Assembly (NCBI GenBank): GCA_964016885.1
Contig: OZ024742.1
Coordinates: 304,110,001-304,174,000 of the forward strand
Source of the DNA: Eledone cirrhosa
Taxonomy: Eukaryota
Direction of reading: 5' to 3'
Length of the DNA stretch: 64,000 nucleotides
Every line of letters starts with the position of its first letter. Position 1 is the first letter of the stretch. Position numbers and translations under genes: made by a program. This document shows, piece after piece, positions 39,438 through 54,710 of this stretch. The notes beneath the pieces were generated by a model. The model was not told the DNA's origin and made no database searches. It worked only from the letters and a program-made list of their open reading frames with translations.

Positions 39438-40393
39438 TTTGTGTAAATGATTGTACTATTGTGTCTAAATGCATCGAAACAAGTCGTTACCCAGCGTTAC
39501 ATCTCAATGTTCTGTTCACTCACCAGCCATTCTCTTTCATCACAAATATTGCAAGATTTTCTTCTCCATCACATCTTTAATATGTTCATTAAATGGTTGT
39601 TTGTTATTACTATTTCTGCCCTGCAGCTCCACTAATATCCTACATTAAACGATAGCTTTCCGGTTAGAGGTCAAATTGAGTTATTGACCGACAGTTTAAC
39701 TGATTATGTTCAGGCTGGTTTTGATAATAAATAGGTAGGTTGAAGGAATCTTTGAACACGGAATGGATTCTGCACTAAGTTATTTAATTCCTCCTTTCTC
39801 TCTCCCCCGCCTTGAACATATTTATTTGCATGTGTGTATGTGTGTGTCTTTGGTATATGTGTGTGACTCTGTGTGTCTGAATGTGGGAGAGTGTTTATGC
39901 TTGCTGTGTGTGACTTACAAAATAAATGATATGAACAAAAATATACCAAGAAATTGAGTAAGTAATTGCTTCTGGCATGTCTCCTTTTGTGCATAGCTAA
40001 CTAAACTTGGATAAATAAGGGAAAACATTTGAATCCACAACATACATACGTAGATTCAAATAGGCCTTAAATTCTGTAATATATAGAATGCCATTTTATA
40101 AAAGAATTTATAAGTCGATATGCTATTGCCTCGTAGAAGAATTACAAATAATTCTTGCTGTAATTTTGCACTAGTCTCTATAGCAGGGGCACGTACATCC
40201 TGTTGGCTTTGATCCTCATATTTATATATAGTTACTATGTTATACTACAGTTCGATCCATTTGGTAAATTATTGGACAAATGACCAGAGGCAGCACCAGT
40301 TAGTATATTTACATACCAGTTCTTTTTTTGTGTGTGGGATCAATCATGTGACATTTGTTATTTGGCGTTTTTCTTTGTCAGTATGGCTAATAA

Positions 40394-40588
40394 GGATTTC
40401 TAATATAGGATTAAGGCCAACAATTTTGATGGAGGGGAAAACCGATTAGATCGACCCCAGTGCATTACTGGCGCTTTATTTTATCGACCCCATAAGGATG
40501 AAAGAAAACGCTAACGCCGGCGGGATTTGAACGTAAAGGTCCTTACCTCTATGCTGCAAAGCACGGGGATTGATGCTCTAACGATACT
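40394..40588 (-). mobile_element. SINE S1 variant with TSD GTATGGCTAATAA
   Basis: Consensus match; flanking direct repeats at 40381-40393 and 40589-40601. Confidence 0.8.
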
Positions 40589-41333
40589 GTATGGCTAATA
40601 ATAGATATAAAACTGTGTAGAGATGAGGGTAGGCATCGCCTCTATACTTTGTGTACATAACTATTATTACCTTCTAACCTCACATATTAAAGATATTAAA
40701 GGAGTGCGCTGTGAGAAGACAGTTGTTGGTGGCGTTTTTTCTTTCGTACTATTTGCTTAGTTTCAGCGACTATTGATGTTACTGTATTCATTGAGTTTTG
40801 CAAAGATTACTAAGAAAACAAAGATAATTTATTAATTTATTTTTATGAAAGCTTCATTAAAAAAATATAGAAACTTTTCTAAACATACTATTTTAAAATT
40901 AAAATAAGTATCTTTGAAGCAGTGATCATTTATCATGATCGTTTAGTACCGCAAGATATATTGGTCACACATGCAGATATGAAACATTAATTGTAAATTC
41001 TTTGACTTAACTGATGAATTAATCCTTCCATGGGATAGAGAAATTGTGTGTAACGGTAAACTAAAATAGAAACAGATGTTGCTGTGTAGGATTTACATAA
41101 CATATATATCAATCTTTTTCGTTAATAAATAACACTTATTCTGACTTTATTCCGTTTTGTACAGCATATTACTATTTTAGAAACCACATTATAGAATTCC
41201 CTGCATACAGGCTGACAAGATTGTATAGAATTGCCACTAACAAAGACTCTGAAAGTCCATTACATCCTGAAGGAGAGGCATAGGTAGCCAAAAGTGAAAT
41301 GAGGGTTAGGATCACCGTAATTTCTACTAATTA

Positions 41334-41519
41334 TAATTGTTTCTACTATTTGGCACAAGGTCAGCAATTATACCAGTGCATTGCTGGTGCGTTATTTTAT
41401 CGACCTCGTAAGGAAAGAAGGCAAAGTTAAACTCGGCAGGATTTGAACTCAGACAGTAAATGGCCGTAACTCTATGCTGCAAAGTATAGCATCCGAACTG
41501 CTACCGATACTGCCAATCC
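41334..41519 (-). mobile_element. SINE S1 with TSD of about TAATTTCTACTAATTA
   Basis: Consensus match. Confidence 0.85.
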
Positions 41520-42010
41520 ACCACTCTATAATTTCTACTAATTATTTCTACTAATTACACTAATTAATTCTACTAATTATAATGCTAATGTACAATAACG
41601 CTGATATTTTATTTTCATCAAAATGAAAATGTAACTGATAGTAAGTTAGTATAAAATATAGAAAGACAAGTTTCCGGTTTCAAATGTTTTGCTACGAGAC
41701 AGAAAAGTAGATTGCGGGCAGCGTATTTCAAAACCCTTCTATTAATAATATTTATGAAGTTATCATTGCTGCTATTTCCCACAGCTAAAGAATCTATCAA
41801 GAAGATGGCGACAGAGCTGGACAGAGCTTGCTTCTAAAACCAATCATATTAAGGGTTAAAGGGAAATAATATGATTAATTATACAGGGGATTCATATTTT
41901 ATTGATTTTCCTAGCCTCCCGTTCCGACAAGCACCCACATCCTAAGAAACACACACATATATATATATATATATGTGTGAATGCATGTAGGTTTATATAT
42001 ATCCAGATTC

Positions 42011-42078
<68 letters not shown>

Positions 42079-42306
42079 CAGTAAGGAGCTGATATATGTG
42101 TAACATATACAAGTATATGTATAACATTATTATGTGTCTTCGTGTTTGCGTATGACGCGTGTTTCGCAATGGATCAGCTGAAGGTACAGTCGGTATAGAT
42201 CGGGCCAGACTTTGAAAAGGATAGCTCTTCAACCTTGTGAGTGGTGAATCTTATATTCATGAATCTTATATTCATTCATTATCCATAAACATATCTTGTA
42301 TTTCAT

Positions 42307-42350
<44 letters not shown>

Positions 42351-42355
<5 letters not shown>

Positions 42356-43679
42356 ATACTTTGGGAGGGTCATGTTGCCAATAAGAAACACACGCACCTG
42401 TGCTTTCACTCCAATTTATTATAAATTAAATTTATAGACTTAAGAATTTATAAATTTCCTGTTGGTTGGTTCCACAACTGGATGGTTGTTCATATATTGT
42501 CAAAGTTCTTTCGTCACACATTATGTGACCTCTTCAGTGACTGGGGATTATTTTCTTTGTTTTGTTCCTCTCCTTTGTTCTGTCCTACGCCATCTTGTTT
42601 GTGTGTGCGTTGTGTGCTTAGTTTGCGTATGTGTTACATCCGGGTGTCTGTGTGTGTTTTTATTTGTTTATTTGTTTATTTAAATGTTACTGGTTGGTTG
42701 TTTGTTCTATGTGTGTGTGTGTGTTTTCATTTTGTCCTTAAATGTAAGTTGTGATGTTGCTATTCCATTCATGTTTTCTATTTAATTTTGGTTGGAGTTC
42801 ATTTATGTTTATTGCCTCTGTGATTTGTCTAAACATTGCGTCTTTTCTGTGTGTAGATTTTATTTTTATTTCTATGTTCTCTAATTTGCCCTTATGTTCT
42901 ATTTTAGCATGTTGGTGGAGTATTGATGATTCTTTTTTATCTTGAAGCTCTCGCCAGTGGTCATTTAACCGTTCATTTAACCGTTCATTTAACCGTTCGA
43001 ACGGTTAAATCAACACCGGCGAGAGCTTCAAGATAAAAAAGAATCATTAATACTCCACCATTATGCTAAAATAGAACATAAGGGCAAATTAGAGAACATA
43101 GAAATAAAAATAAAATCTACACACAGAAAAGACGCAATGTTTAGACAAATCACAGAGGCAATAAACATAAATGAACTCCAACCAAATTTAAATAGAAAAC
43201 ATGAATGGAATAGCAACATCACAACTTACAATTAAGGACAAAATGAAAATACACACACACACATAGAACAAACAACCAACCAGTAACATGTAAATAAACA
43301 AATAAATAAACAAATAAAAATACACACAGACACCCGGATGTAACACATGCGCAAGCTAATCACACAACACAACACATACAAAAACAAGATGGCGTAGGAG
43401 AGAAGAAAGGAGAGGCACAAAACAAAGAAAATAATCCCCAGTCACTGAAGAGGTCACAGAATGTGTGACGAAAGAACTTTGACAATATATGGACAACCGT
43501 CCGGTTGTGGAATCAACCAACCGGAAATTTATAAATTCTTAAATTCATAATAAATTGGAGTGAAACACTGGTGCGTGTGTTTCTTATTGGCAACATGACC
43601 CTCCCAAAGTATAACAATATCGGTTTCAACGCACGTTTTCAGATAAAGAATCTTGTTAAACAAATTCAAAAGCGATATT

Positions 43680-43680
<1 letters not shown>
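42351..43680. mobile_element. About 1.3-kb palindrome made of two head-to-head 3' ends of Naiad family B
   Basis: 42351-42970 (minus) and about 42999-43620 (plus) both encode the endonuclease tail ELQDKKES..LHQHAKIEHKGKLENIEIKIKSTHRKDAMFRQITEAININELQPKLNRKHEW, followed by a pLTR with an HHR. Confidence 0.88.
43441..43483 (+). ncRNA. Minimal type I HHR in the Naiad-B pLTR (other copies: 42499-42541 minus, 61057-61099 minus, 62271-62313 plus)
   Basis: GTCA-CTGAAGA-G-GTCAC-AGAATGT-GTGAC-GAAAG-AA-CTT^TGAC. Stem I GTCA/TGAC; stem II GTCAC/GTGAC. Confidence 0.7.
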
Positions 43681-43730
<50 letters not shown>

Positions 43731-43849
43731 TTCATGTATAGCTGTATATATAAATATCGTTCGTATCTAGCTGTCGAAAAGGCCGGAGCTCAGCTGTCGG
43801 GGTCCTGACTCTTTTCATATTACCCACTCTACTATATATATATATATAT

Positions 43850-44638
43850 ATCATAAAACATGTCTATAGAATCACCAGATAAAATATATACCGTTTCCTC
43901 TCCCAATTAGCATAACACCTCTCCCAATTAGCAAAACAAATATATATCTATGACTTTATATATATATATATATATATGTAAACCTTTATATGTAATAATC
44001 TCCCGTTAGGTTGAGATACAATTTTGGCTGTATTGGGCTGCGCTTTCTAGCAAAAAAGCCTACCAGTAGTAAGCAACTAATCACATCCTTTCTAACTTGA
44101 TTCTTAGCCATTTTTGAATGTATTCTTGGCGCGATCACTTTGGAAAATTAATTGTCTAAATTTGAGCTAACTCCTGAAGAGTCCGGGGCCCTAGATTTCC
44201 AATGTTATCGGATATCTTAAAATGCGGACGAAACCATGGTAGAGGTCACTAAATATGTTCATTTTCTTCTAGTTAATTTACACCTAATTCTGTTTAGTTA
44301 ACTGTATATCTGTTCGATTTATACACGCTGTCGAAATACTCGATAAATACTCCGCCGCAACCGCCGCGAAGGGCTGCTTTCTGAGATTTGTCGGGGATTT
44401 CTTCATAGGAGCCTTTATTCTTAATGCTTGGTCTAATTGATTTTTTTATATGGTTGATTATGCTAATTGGGAGAGGAAACGGTATATATTGTATCTGGTG
44501 ATTCTATAGACATGTTTTATGATATATAGCTCTGATTATTTAATTTATTAACTCCTCACTGAGCCACAAAGTGACCCGTTGCAAAACACATATATATCTA
44601 TGACTTTATCTATATATATATGTAAACCTTTATATGTA
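43850..44638 (+). mobile_element. Diverged R656-family retrozyme-like copy: 5' inversion, one full monomer and about 55 bp terminal redundancy
   Basis: Homologous throughout to the reverse complement of 5253-6226. 43933-43994 is repeated at 44583-44638. 43850-43915 is the reverse complement of about 44459-44525. HHR at 44171-44244. Confidence 0.8.
44171..44244 (+). ncRNA. Type I hammerhead ribozyme (R656 diverged copy)
   Basis: CTC-CTGAAGA-GTCCG...CGGAC-GAAAC-CATG-GTA^GAG. The base of stem II covaries with ATCC/GGAT in the 5.4/6.1-kb copies. Confidence 0.85.
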
Positions 44639-44692
44639 TATCCGACCCTCTACCGATACTGCCAATCAACCGCCCAAATGTATAAGAAATAA

Positions 44693-45290
<598 letters not shown>

Positions 45291-45300
45291 ATATATATAT

Positions 45301-45442
45301 ATAGAGTTACGGCCCTTTATGGTCTGAGTTCAAATCCCGCCGAGGTTAATTTGCCTTTCATCCTTACGGGGTCGATAAAATAAAGTACCAGTAATACACT
45401 GTGATAATTGCTGGCCTTGTGCCAAAAGTAGGAATAATTATT
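45301..45442 (+). mobile_element. SINE S1, 5'-truncated (an inverted head fragment lies at 44641-44667)
   Basis: Consensus match. Confidence 0.8.
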
Positions 45443-46138
45443 TCTTATAAATTTTACCGAAGTAACGAGGAGTACCCATTAACTTAAAAGGTCTTCCGAA
45501 TTTCAAATGTCCATATCACTTTCTTTAACTGAAATAATCCCTTGCTTAATGAGAAAAGTTAAGAATTAACCTGTAGTTTTAGCAAGGTTATGTATGTAGA
45601 TTAGGCAGAAAAAAAAACAATCAAACTTTTGCAAATTTAACAGTTGTAACACATTAGGGAGAATATATTTCGTTTTTCAATGCCAGATAAAACGAGATGC
45701 GAATCTATTACTTTATTGTGAAAAAGGATAATCATTTTGTGATCCTAAAATAGAATTGTTCGTAATGCTCATAAAGATAGGTGTATTCTATGTATCTGAT
45801 CGTAGATGCCGTACAGGTTTTGTGAGTAATATCCAGTCTACTTTTAAATAGCAATATCTTTGAAATAGAAACAAATAGTATCATCTAGTTAGAGGCAAGC
45901 ATTGTTTGAAACGTCGACTATGAGGCTACCAATGTACATATGGAAGATTATGGGGAGATTTCCCGAGCCTTGCAACATACCTGTATTGGTATATTTCTTG
46001 GGCGCATTCTTCGTTAGCAATTAATCGAATTGTTATTGAGAGAAAAAATTCTAAAATGTCCACGGCTAGAATTTTGTTTTGACATTAGCTTCAATCAATT
46101 TACTTATAAAATGTACGTTATTTCGTTTCCGAACATTA

Positions 46139-46268
<130 letters not shown>

Positions 46269-46606
46269 AAATTCCACATAATTGGTTGGGCACGGTAATT
46301 TATCTATGAAAGTCACAAATATTACCATGTCTCTGGATTAAATTAGTATCGAATCTGACTTCTCATTTGAGTATTTGACATCCTCCCTTTCAATCTTTAC
46401 TACATTTCATTTGTATCTCACCCACATCGTGGATTGACTTTCCGTCGACCAATGGCCGCTGGTCTCTGCCTTTGAGGCATTTTTGCCCATCGCTGTCATT
46501 GACAGCATTTGGGTGATTTAATGACTGTTCTAGCGATGAATTTTATCATTTTTATCTCAATTCAAATACATTCTCTCTATGTCTCGATCAAAGACAACAA
46601 TATTTG

Positions 46607-46712
<106 letters not shown>

Positions 46713-46816
46713 ACCCGTAGTAAACAGCTGACGAAGGGAAACTGTCCATCTCTTGTTTCTGTCCCTTACTTTCTAACACTCATTATCATTAACCACACAG
46801 CCTCACCTTCCTCAAT

Positions 46817-46898
<82 letters not shown>

Positions 46899-46899
<1 letters not shown>

Positions 46900-47480
46900 C
46901 CGTACCACAGCCTCCCCTCCCGCGATTATCCACTAATACTTGCCTTACTTTCTCTATCACCTACAATCACTCTACACATCTCCTGCAGCGCAGCATCCTT
47001 CTTTACTTCTGAACCCACGTTTCTGACAACGTTACCTCTCGTTTCCTTCCTAACCCACCCACCACCGCCTTTAAACGCGCCCGTTATCTCCGTGACCTTT
47101 TGTACATAGTTCTTGCTCTTCTTCTCCTACGAGTCCATCTAGCTCCAGTCCTGGTTCTCACCTACCCTACAATACTTGTCCCTACATAAACAATATCCCC
47201 ACCATCACAGTTTGCACTATTTTATATCCACCGCTAACAAAGTTGTCTATGCCCTTTGGTTTTCTATTTGCACGTCCGATTCGCAGATCTCCCGAGGGAC
47301 ATAATACCGCCTAAAGATACACCTGACGCCTGTCACTTCCGTTCCACCAACCACTCAACTCAACACCTCTCTGTTTTAGACATAATTTAACTTCACCGGT
47401 CTCCAAACACTCACACCGAGACCGAGAAGAACTGAATGTTTCGTACAGAATTTCTTTCCCGAATTGATTCAAACCCCACC
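46899..47480 (+). pseudogene. Highly degenerate Neptune-like PLE C-terminal region
   Basis: Conceptual translation includes FLPNPPTTAFKRARYLRDLL, NTCPYIN, KVVYAL and RLKIHL. A long C/A-rich 3' UTR follows. Confidence 0.55.
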
Positions 47481-49319
47481 CTACGACAAGCAGTTTATTT
47501 AATCTCACTCTATGTTTGCTCTCACACAAAATTAGGTGCACGTACTCACACATCATTCTTGCCACCACACAGTACACGCATTCAAAATACCTGAGAGTAC
47601 CACCCAACTCACATATAAACCTCTGCAAATACATAATCCTCGAATTCCTATGCTCACACATGTATATGCCCCAATCTGATCCATCGGACCAAACACACTC
47701 AAGTGCAGCTTTCCATGCACACATATGGGCATATGTCTGCATCAATGATCATTATAGCATCACCTCCACTCCCCTACACATTCTGATGCATGCACGCTTA
47801 TAGGCGCTCCTATACGCGCACACATATACACACAACCGACACACCTATCCCATCCCATAGCTAATGCCTGAAGGGTTATGTGTGTTTGCACCGCTTGGGC
47901 ACCTGTGTTCGCGTGGAACCAAGTACCGGAGCTATGGCGCCATCGGTCTTGATTGTTTCTTAATGTTTACACGATCCCTATCACTTCCTGACACTATCCA
48001 CCTCCCCACATGTAGTACCTCCACACTTCATAGTCCAGCTGTTTACGGCTATACCACCATATCATTGTTCCCGAAGCCAAGCAGTTTTTCCTAAGGCGAA
48101 ACCACGAAATTAAATATATAAGGAGATGATCTGATTCGCTACCGCCACCCTTTCTCAAAAAACTACTTGCGACTGCTTCTGAGTCTGTGTGTATGTATGT
48201 GTTCACAGAATTTCATATTCATATATGTACATCTCCCGACGATGGGCAGGTCACCCATGCACGCTCACACACACCTCTACATTCTCACGGCAACCAGCTT
48301 CGTTAGAGTCCAATGCCCCTCCTTAACCGCTTTGCACATTTAAACAAAAGAAAACTACACACACATAGACACACACATACACACACACAATCAGACACAC
48401 ACATATATATGTATATATTCTGTCATCATATACATATATAGATTCTGTTATTACCATAACTGATCTCCGACGAACCTTTGATTCCAGAGCCGGGCCAGAT
48501 CAATACAGATCGAACCCTCAGCTGATCAATCGCGAAACGCGCGTCACATCTCAATAAACGATATGAAGATCTAACACTTCGTCCTTTTATTATTAGTAGT
48601 AATACACTCTGCTTGGTACAACTCCAATATACCTACTGGAAAATACACATCGAGTGCTCACTCTGGCGAACCTACAGTAACTGAACGTTACAATCCCTGA
48701 ATACATATATTTCCGTAGAAAAGGTAAAGAAAAGAAGATTGCTCTATGTATTGTAGAGAGCTACTTAATAAACAACACAATATAGGTTTCGAGAAACTAG
48801 ATGATTCTTGCAGAAACGTCTAGCTCGTTCTTTTTATGTTTGTTAATTTCCTTATGACGGTAGAATGCTCAACTTATTGGGCTGGAAGATGCCAATGTTC
48901 ATCATATATATTCATCAAAATGAATTACGAAAGGATACATACATTCCCCATGATAGTGGATATAGAAATGTTGGACGGCCATGACTCAGGTACAAAGAAG
49001 AACTGAAAAAAATGTTTCATCAATCAATATACCTAAAACAATTTATAAGCAAATGGTCTTGGAAAGGAAAGACTACAGGCCAGTGTGCCATAATGGGATC
49101 AGATATTTCGGAACCCGCTGTATCCATCGGCTACAAAGACAAGGGGGCGGGGACTTCACCAAACATGCCAGCAACATAGTCCACTAATCCTCATAGTTGC
49201 ATGATCTATGGACTTGTTTTCTAAATCCTTGGCGGGATTAAAACTTTGGATCTATATATGTCTGTCGAAATCGATGGGAGAGCCCATTATACACACACAC
49301 ACACACTCACACAACACAC

Positions 49320-49364
<45 letters not shown>

Positions 49365-49437
49365 CATACATATATATATATGTATATATATATATGAGTG
49401 TGTGTGTGTGCTTGGCACACATACACCCCCCCCCCCC

Positions 49438-49487
<50 letters not shown>

Positions 49488-49891
49488 GCATATATATATA
49501 AATATATAGATAAATATATATATACAGATAGATAGATAAATAGATAGATATCCTTAGTCAACGCACACGTATATACGCAATAAACACGTTTTTGCTACAT
49601 GTATATATTGACATATGTATGTACGATTGATATATAAGTAGCTATAGTAAATACAAAGGAAAAGGAAGAAAAACAGAATTATGTATGGAGAAAGGGAAGG
49701 AGAGACAAAGAAAGAAGGAAAGAGATTTATTCATATAAAACGTGAAGAAGTAACAATGAAATATAAATAAGGCTTAATAAATTTAAAGACGTTATGAAAG
49801 TTAATGATGTTGATGTGTGTATTTATCTTGATGTGAAATGGTTTACAAGAACACGTGCCTATACACACACACATATATATATATATATATG

Positions 49892-49987
<96 letters not shown>

Positions 49988-49990
49988 TAT

Positions 49991-50031
<41 letters not shown>

Positions 50032-50109
50032 TAGATATATAGATATAGATATGTATTTCTATTTATATCCATAATCACAAACGCTTATATACATACGCAC
50101 CCACACACA

Positions 50110-50174
<65 letters not shown>

Positions 50175-50932
50175 ATGTATATATGTGTGAGTGTGTCTGT
50201 GCGTATTGGAAAGAGCGAAACAGATATGAAAAGAGAGAGAAAGCAATGCGGCAAGCGATGAGCGTGATAGAAAGAATAACAGAAATAATACAAAATAAAA
50301 CAAACAAAAAAACCCAAGCTAAGAACAAACAAACAAAACAAAAACAAAACAAAAACAAACAATACAATAATTCCAAAAGAAAAACAATGTTCATAAGGTG
50401 CGTTTTAAATATTCTGACAAAATATTACTGTTCTGAGAAAAGGAGAGTAGTAGAGGGAAATGGCTGGTGGTTGTTGGTGATTAGTCCTGACAGAAACCAT
50501 TAGCAGCAAGTGGGCTCTCAAGCAGTCAGCTTGTCCGAATACTGCCAATCAGATCTGACAGAAACCGATTGTCTTCACCGTGTTTTCGAGCTTTTCCTAA
50601 CCGGGATGTTGTTGTTGCCGGGATGGGTGATAGAGTGGGTAGATATTAAAATAGATAGATTGATAGATAGATAGATAGAAAGATAGATAGATAGAAAGAT
50701 AGATAGAAAGATAGATATGTGGATATGTAGGTAGGTAGGTAGATAGATAGATAGACAGACAGATAGATCAGAATAGGGAGAGACCGATTATTGCTATGTG
50801 GCTGTGTATCTGCTCATCTAAATACACGCAAACAAACACACACATACACACACACACATATTTATATATATATATATATATAGATATATATAGATAGATA
50901 GATATATACATACATATATACATGCAAATATA

Positions 50933-51091
<159 letters not shown>

Positions 51092-52408
51092 ATATTTATA
51101 TATTTATATATTCAACGTGAGTGTTAATTTGTGTGTGTGTTTAAATTCTGTATCTGGTTCTGTATATATGAGGAGGGAAATGCATGAGAGATAATGAGGG
51201 ATGGGGGGAAGAAAGAAAACAACGATCGAAAGAGTTAGATAAAAGCATAGATATGTACACATTTTATGAATGCTCTACTGAAATTTCATCTTGAGGTTCT
51301 CTAGTTGCAAGTTGTTAAGGGATAAATTAATCCCTTATGCCTGCTAAATGCACACCTACATATGCATTTAGTTATATAGAATTGCAGTCAGACACATAAG
51401 ATCTATTCTACAACACATTTATACATGCAATTTGTGGCAAACCTGCTACAACAGATTCTTATAGCATTATTATCATATCTATAGTTAAGTTATTGTTAAC
51501 GTTTATAATAAAGATAATATTAACATGTTATTTAAATATAATTGTCCGGTTTCAGCAATAGGCTTTTCCCAATGTTATGTTCACAGCTTTTGGAATTAAT
51601 AGAAACAACTCTATGGCGTTTTAGTATTATGCAATAAATTCGTCATACTTATCGAAGTATATATGCTGAGGGATTCGAAGCTACAAACGTTCCACCTATA
51701 CAATCACCAGCATTCGAGGTAAATGGAACAGGAACAGACCGAGGAACGCCTGGTAGGAGATTTTGAAGCAGATCTGAAGACCTTCATCATTGTCTTATAT
51801 GGATGCAACAAAGCAGAAGTGGATTATGTACGTTATACATAGATTGTCACCCAATGCTCCGAGCAGCTAAGAGTATATATGACTTATACTATTATTGGCA
51901 GGCCAAATGAATATATAAGTTTGTCTGTGGGTCAAATGTTCGTAAAACTATATAGAAATGGTCAAAACACTTCTGCTGAAGTCATATGACCTAGCAAACA
52001 TATTTGCGAGCTGGCGGCTAAGACTTTAATATTAACGTCAATTTCAGTTAAAATTGTCAGAGGAAATCTTTACTGTTGACTTGAGATGAAATAGTCATGA
52101 TTCAATATGGCAAACGTTATTCTATGATATTGTATATGTTCATCTATCGACGAAATCAACCAAGTAGAAAAAGCAAACTAAAAGAAGGAACAAAATGTAG
52201 TGAGAATATTCAGAAAAGAAGTGTTAGTGTCACGATAAAGTCTCTATCACTGTTCTCATATATCTTCCCTCACCGTCTATGAATGTATGTGTGTATGTAT
52301 GTATGTATGTATGTATGTATGTATGTATGTATGTATGTATGCATGTATGTATGTGTGTGTGTATGTTTGTATGAATGCATGTGTGCGAGCGCATGCCTCT
52401 GTGTGTGC

Positions 52409-52519
<111 letters not shown>

Positions 52520-52626
52520 CATATATATATACATATATATATATATATACATACATAAAACGATGAATTTATAAAGAAAGATATTGAGCAAGTTTGACAA
52601 TTTATAATTCATTATTTCTTTTGCGG

Positions 52627-52933
52627 TCAAATCCCGCCGAGGTTGACTTTGCCTTTCATCCTTACGGGGTCGATAAAATAAAGTACCAGTAATGCACTGG
52701 ATAATTGCTGGCCTTGTGCCTAAAGTAGAAACAATTATTTCTTTTGCGGTGGATTGGCAGCATCGGTAGAGGGTCAGACGCCATGCTTTGATGCATAGAA
52801 TTACGGCCCTTTCCATTCTGAGTTCAAATCCCGCCGAGGTAAACTTTGCCTTTCATCCTTACGGGGTCGATAAAATAAAGTACCAGTAATGTACTGGACA
52901 TTGTTGCCTTGTGACAAAAGTAGAAACAATTAT
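52627..52933 (+). mobile_element. Partial (52627-52739) and full (52751-52933) tandem SINE S1
   Basis: Consensus match. ATTATTTCTTTT(GCGGT) occurs before, between and after the copies. Confidence 0.88.
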
Positions 52934-54039
52934 TTCTTTTTATTATGAAAAGTTGCCACAATATGTATGATGTCTATAAAATAGTCAATAAGTATTAGTC
53001 GTGTAATTTAACTAATTAAACTTTGACAAGAACTGAAGGTGGCGGATAACAATACGGTCACCAGATATAATGGTTAGTTGCGATATACGCGGGCTGCCGC
53101 CGAATGTTTAAATAATCCCATAACAACACCGATAAAATACTAGGTGACAATGTTTGTTCCCCCAAAACTCTCACAAACCAATGATGTAGCTACGACGAAG
53201 CGCGTATAGGCCGAAGCGTGTAAAAGAAGGCCTAACCTTTTATGGGTGTGAGAAAAGTAACATATTGGTGACTGGTGCGAATGAGACCCCATAAATTGCA
53301 ATATGGCTACACACAATAAAGGCAGTCATACTACACGCCATCGTTTTAAAACCAGCGCTGCAAAAACTAGCGATAAGCATGCGACTTGTCCTGGTAGGCG
53401 TGTGATGGAAGTTCACATTTTACGTACACTTAATCTTTGTCATCAGCCCCTCCCACCATAACGCACTATCTACTACGTCAGCAACACCCCCTACACTCAC
53501 CAACACAACTAATTTATCAGTTACACCCACATTTAACCACTCCAATGGTACTAAACTACTAATGGACCACATCACCAATAATTATCACACTACTAACAAA
53601 CTAAGGCCCCACGCTACATTCACATTCTGCCCTGCTACCAGCATCACACACACACACATACACAATGGACCACATCACTAACAACCAACACACTACTAAG
53701 CTTAACTACACCAACTTATCCGTGGATACGTTGAGGCCCAAATCTTTGCCTAATACAAAGTCACTATTCCCATGTTGTACGGCCGTTATATTGACTACTG
53801 AATCGGCGTGTTCTCACTCACCCGAAAACAGCTCGACTCCTTTCTTTCTTTCATATGCTTTTTCAAACCCACAGTCGACCTCACCGCTTGTATCCTCACC
53901 ACTTCTTGAACATCTCCGTCTCCATTGCCACATCTCATCGTTCCCTCATAGCTCCGCCTTCTTCAAACCTACCTACTCCTACTTTTACCTCGATTTCACC
54001 TCATCTCTCCCGACTCATACCTAATACTCCATCCCCTTC

Positions 54040-54710
54040 TCTCAACTGGAACGTTACAACACTTATAGACAAGGAACAGGCACAAGCGGAGGAAGCTAGA
54101 TGCAACAGAGTAGATATTGTCGGGGTTTTCTCAGCTAAGTTCCGTGAATCTGATGCAGTCGATTTAGATATGCTTTGGGTATCTAACGGAATATTTATGC
54201 TGTGTGAACCGGGATTTGCAATTGGTAGTCGGTCGTCCTACCTATGTATGCTTTTCTCTGCATGCTGGAGGTGAACTCGCGCTTGTATACTAAATTGGTA
54301 GTTAGGCATTTAAAGTCAGGAGGGCACTTCTCTCGGTGGTGGTAATTGCAGTATTGTTCTATGGTCGGACTGGATAGAGACTGCGATCTGTTTCTGTTAG
54401 ATGTAGCGATACGCTGTGCTATACTTGATACTGTTGAGTAGGATAGCTCCACGGTATTATTATTGAAAATTCTGTGGTGCTGGTGCTGTGGTGGGAAGTG
54501 CCCCCGGATCACCCCGAAGTAGATCTGAGCCAGGGGTGATGCCACTTCCGCATTGTGGGATGAGTTGTAGCACGTAACCCAACACACCCTGTTCCTCGGC
54601 ACTCGTCTTGGTTAAATCCGCTGCGTCGGAGGGCGTCGTTGTAATAGGCCGTATGCTCATGGAAGATCTACTCGGTTGAGGACAGCCGGGAGATACTTCT
54701 CCCCATTGCT
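54040..54710 (-). pseudogene. Degenerate PLE linker + GIY-YIG region, same clade as 2518-3634
   Basis: HNAEVASPLAQIYF..HFPPQHQHHRIFNNNTVELSYST...CPPDFKCLTTNLVYK...AYIGRT aligns by eye to ORFs 2846-3634. Confidence 0.8.

Noticed and set aside
51700-51860. Possible RTE-like LINE 3' remnant (RGKWNRNRPRNAW)
   Set aside because: Too short and too degenerate to support as a feature.
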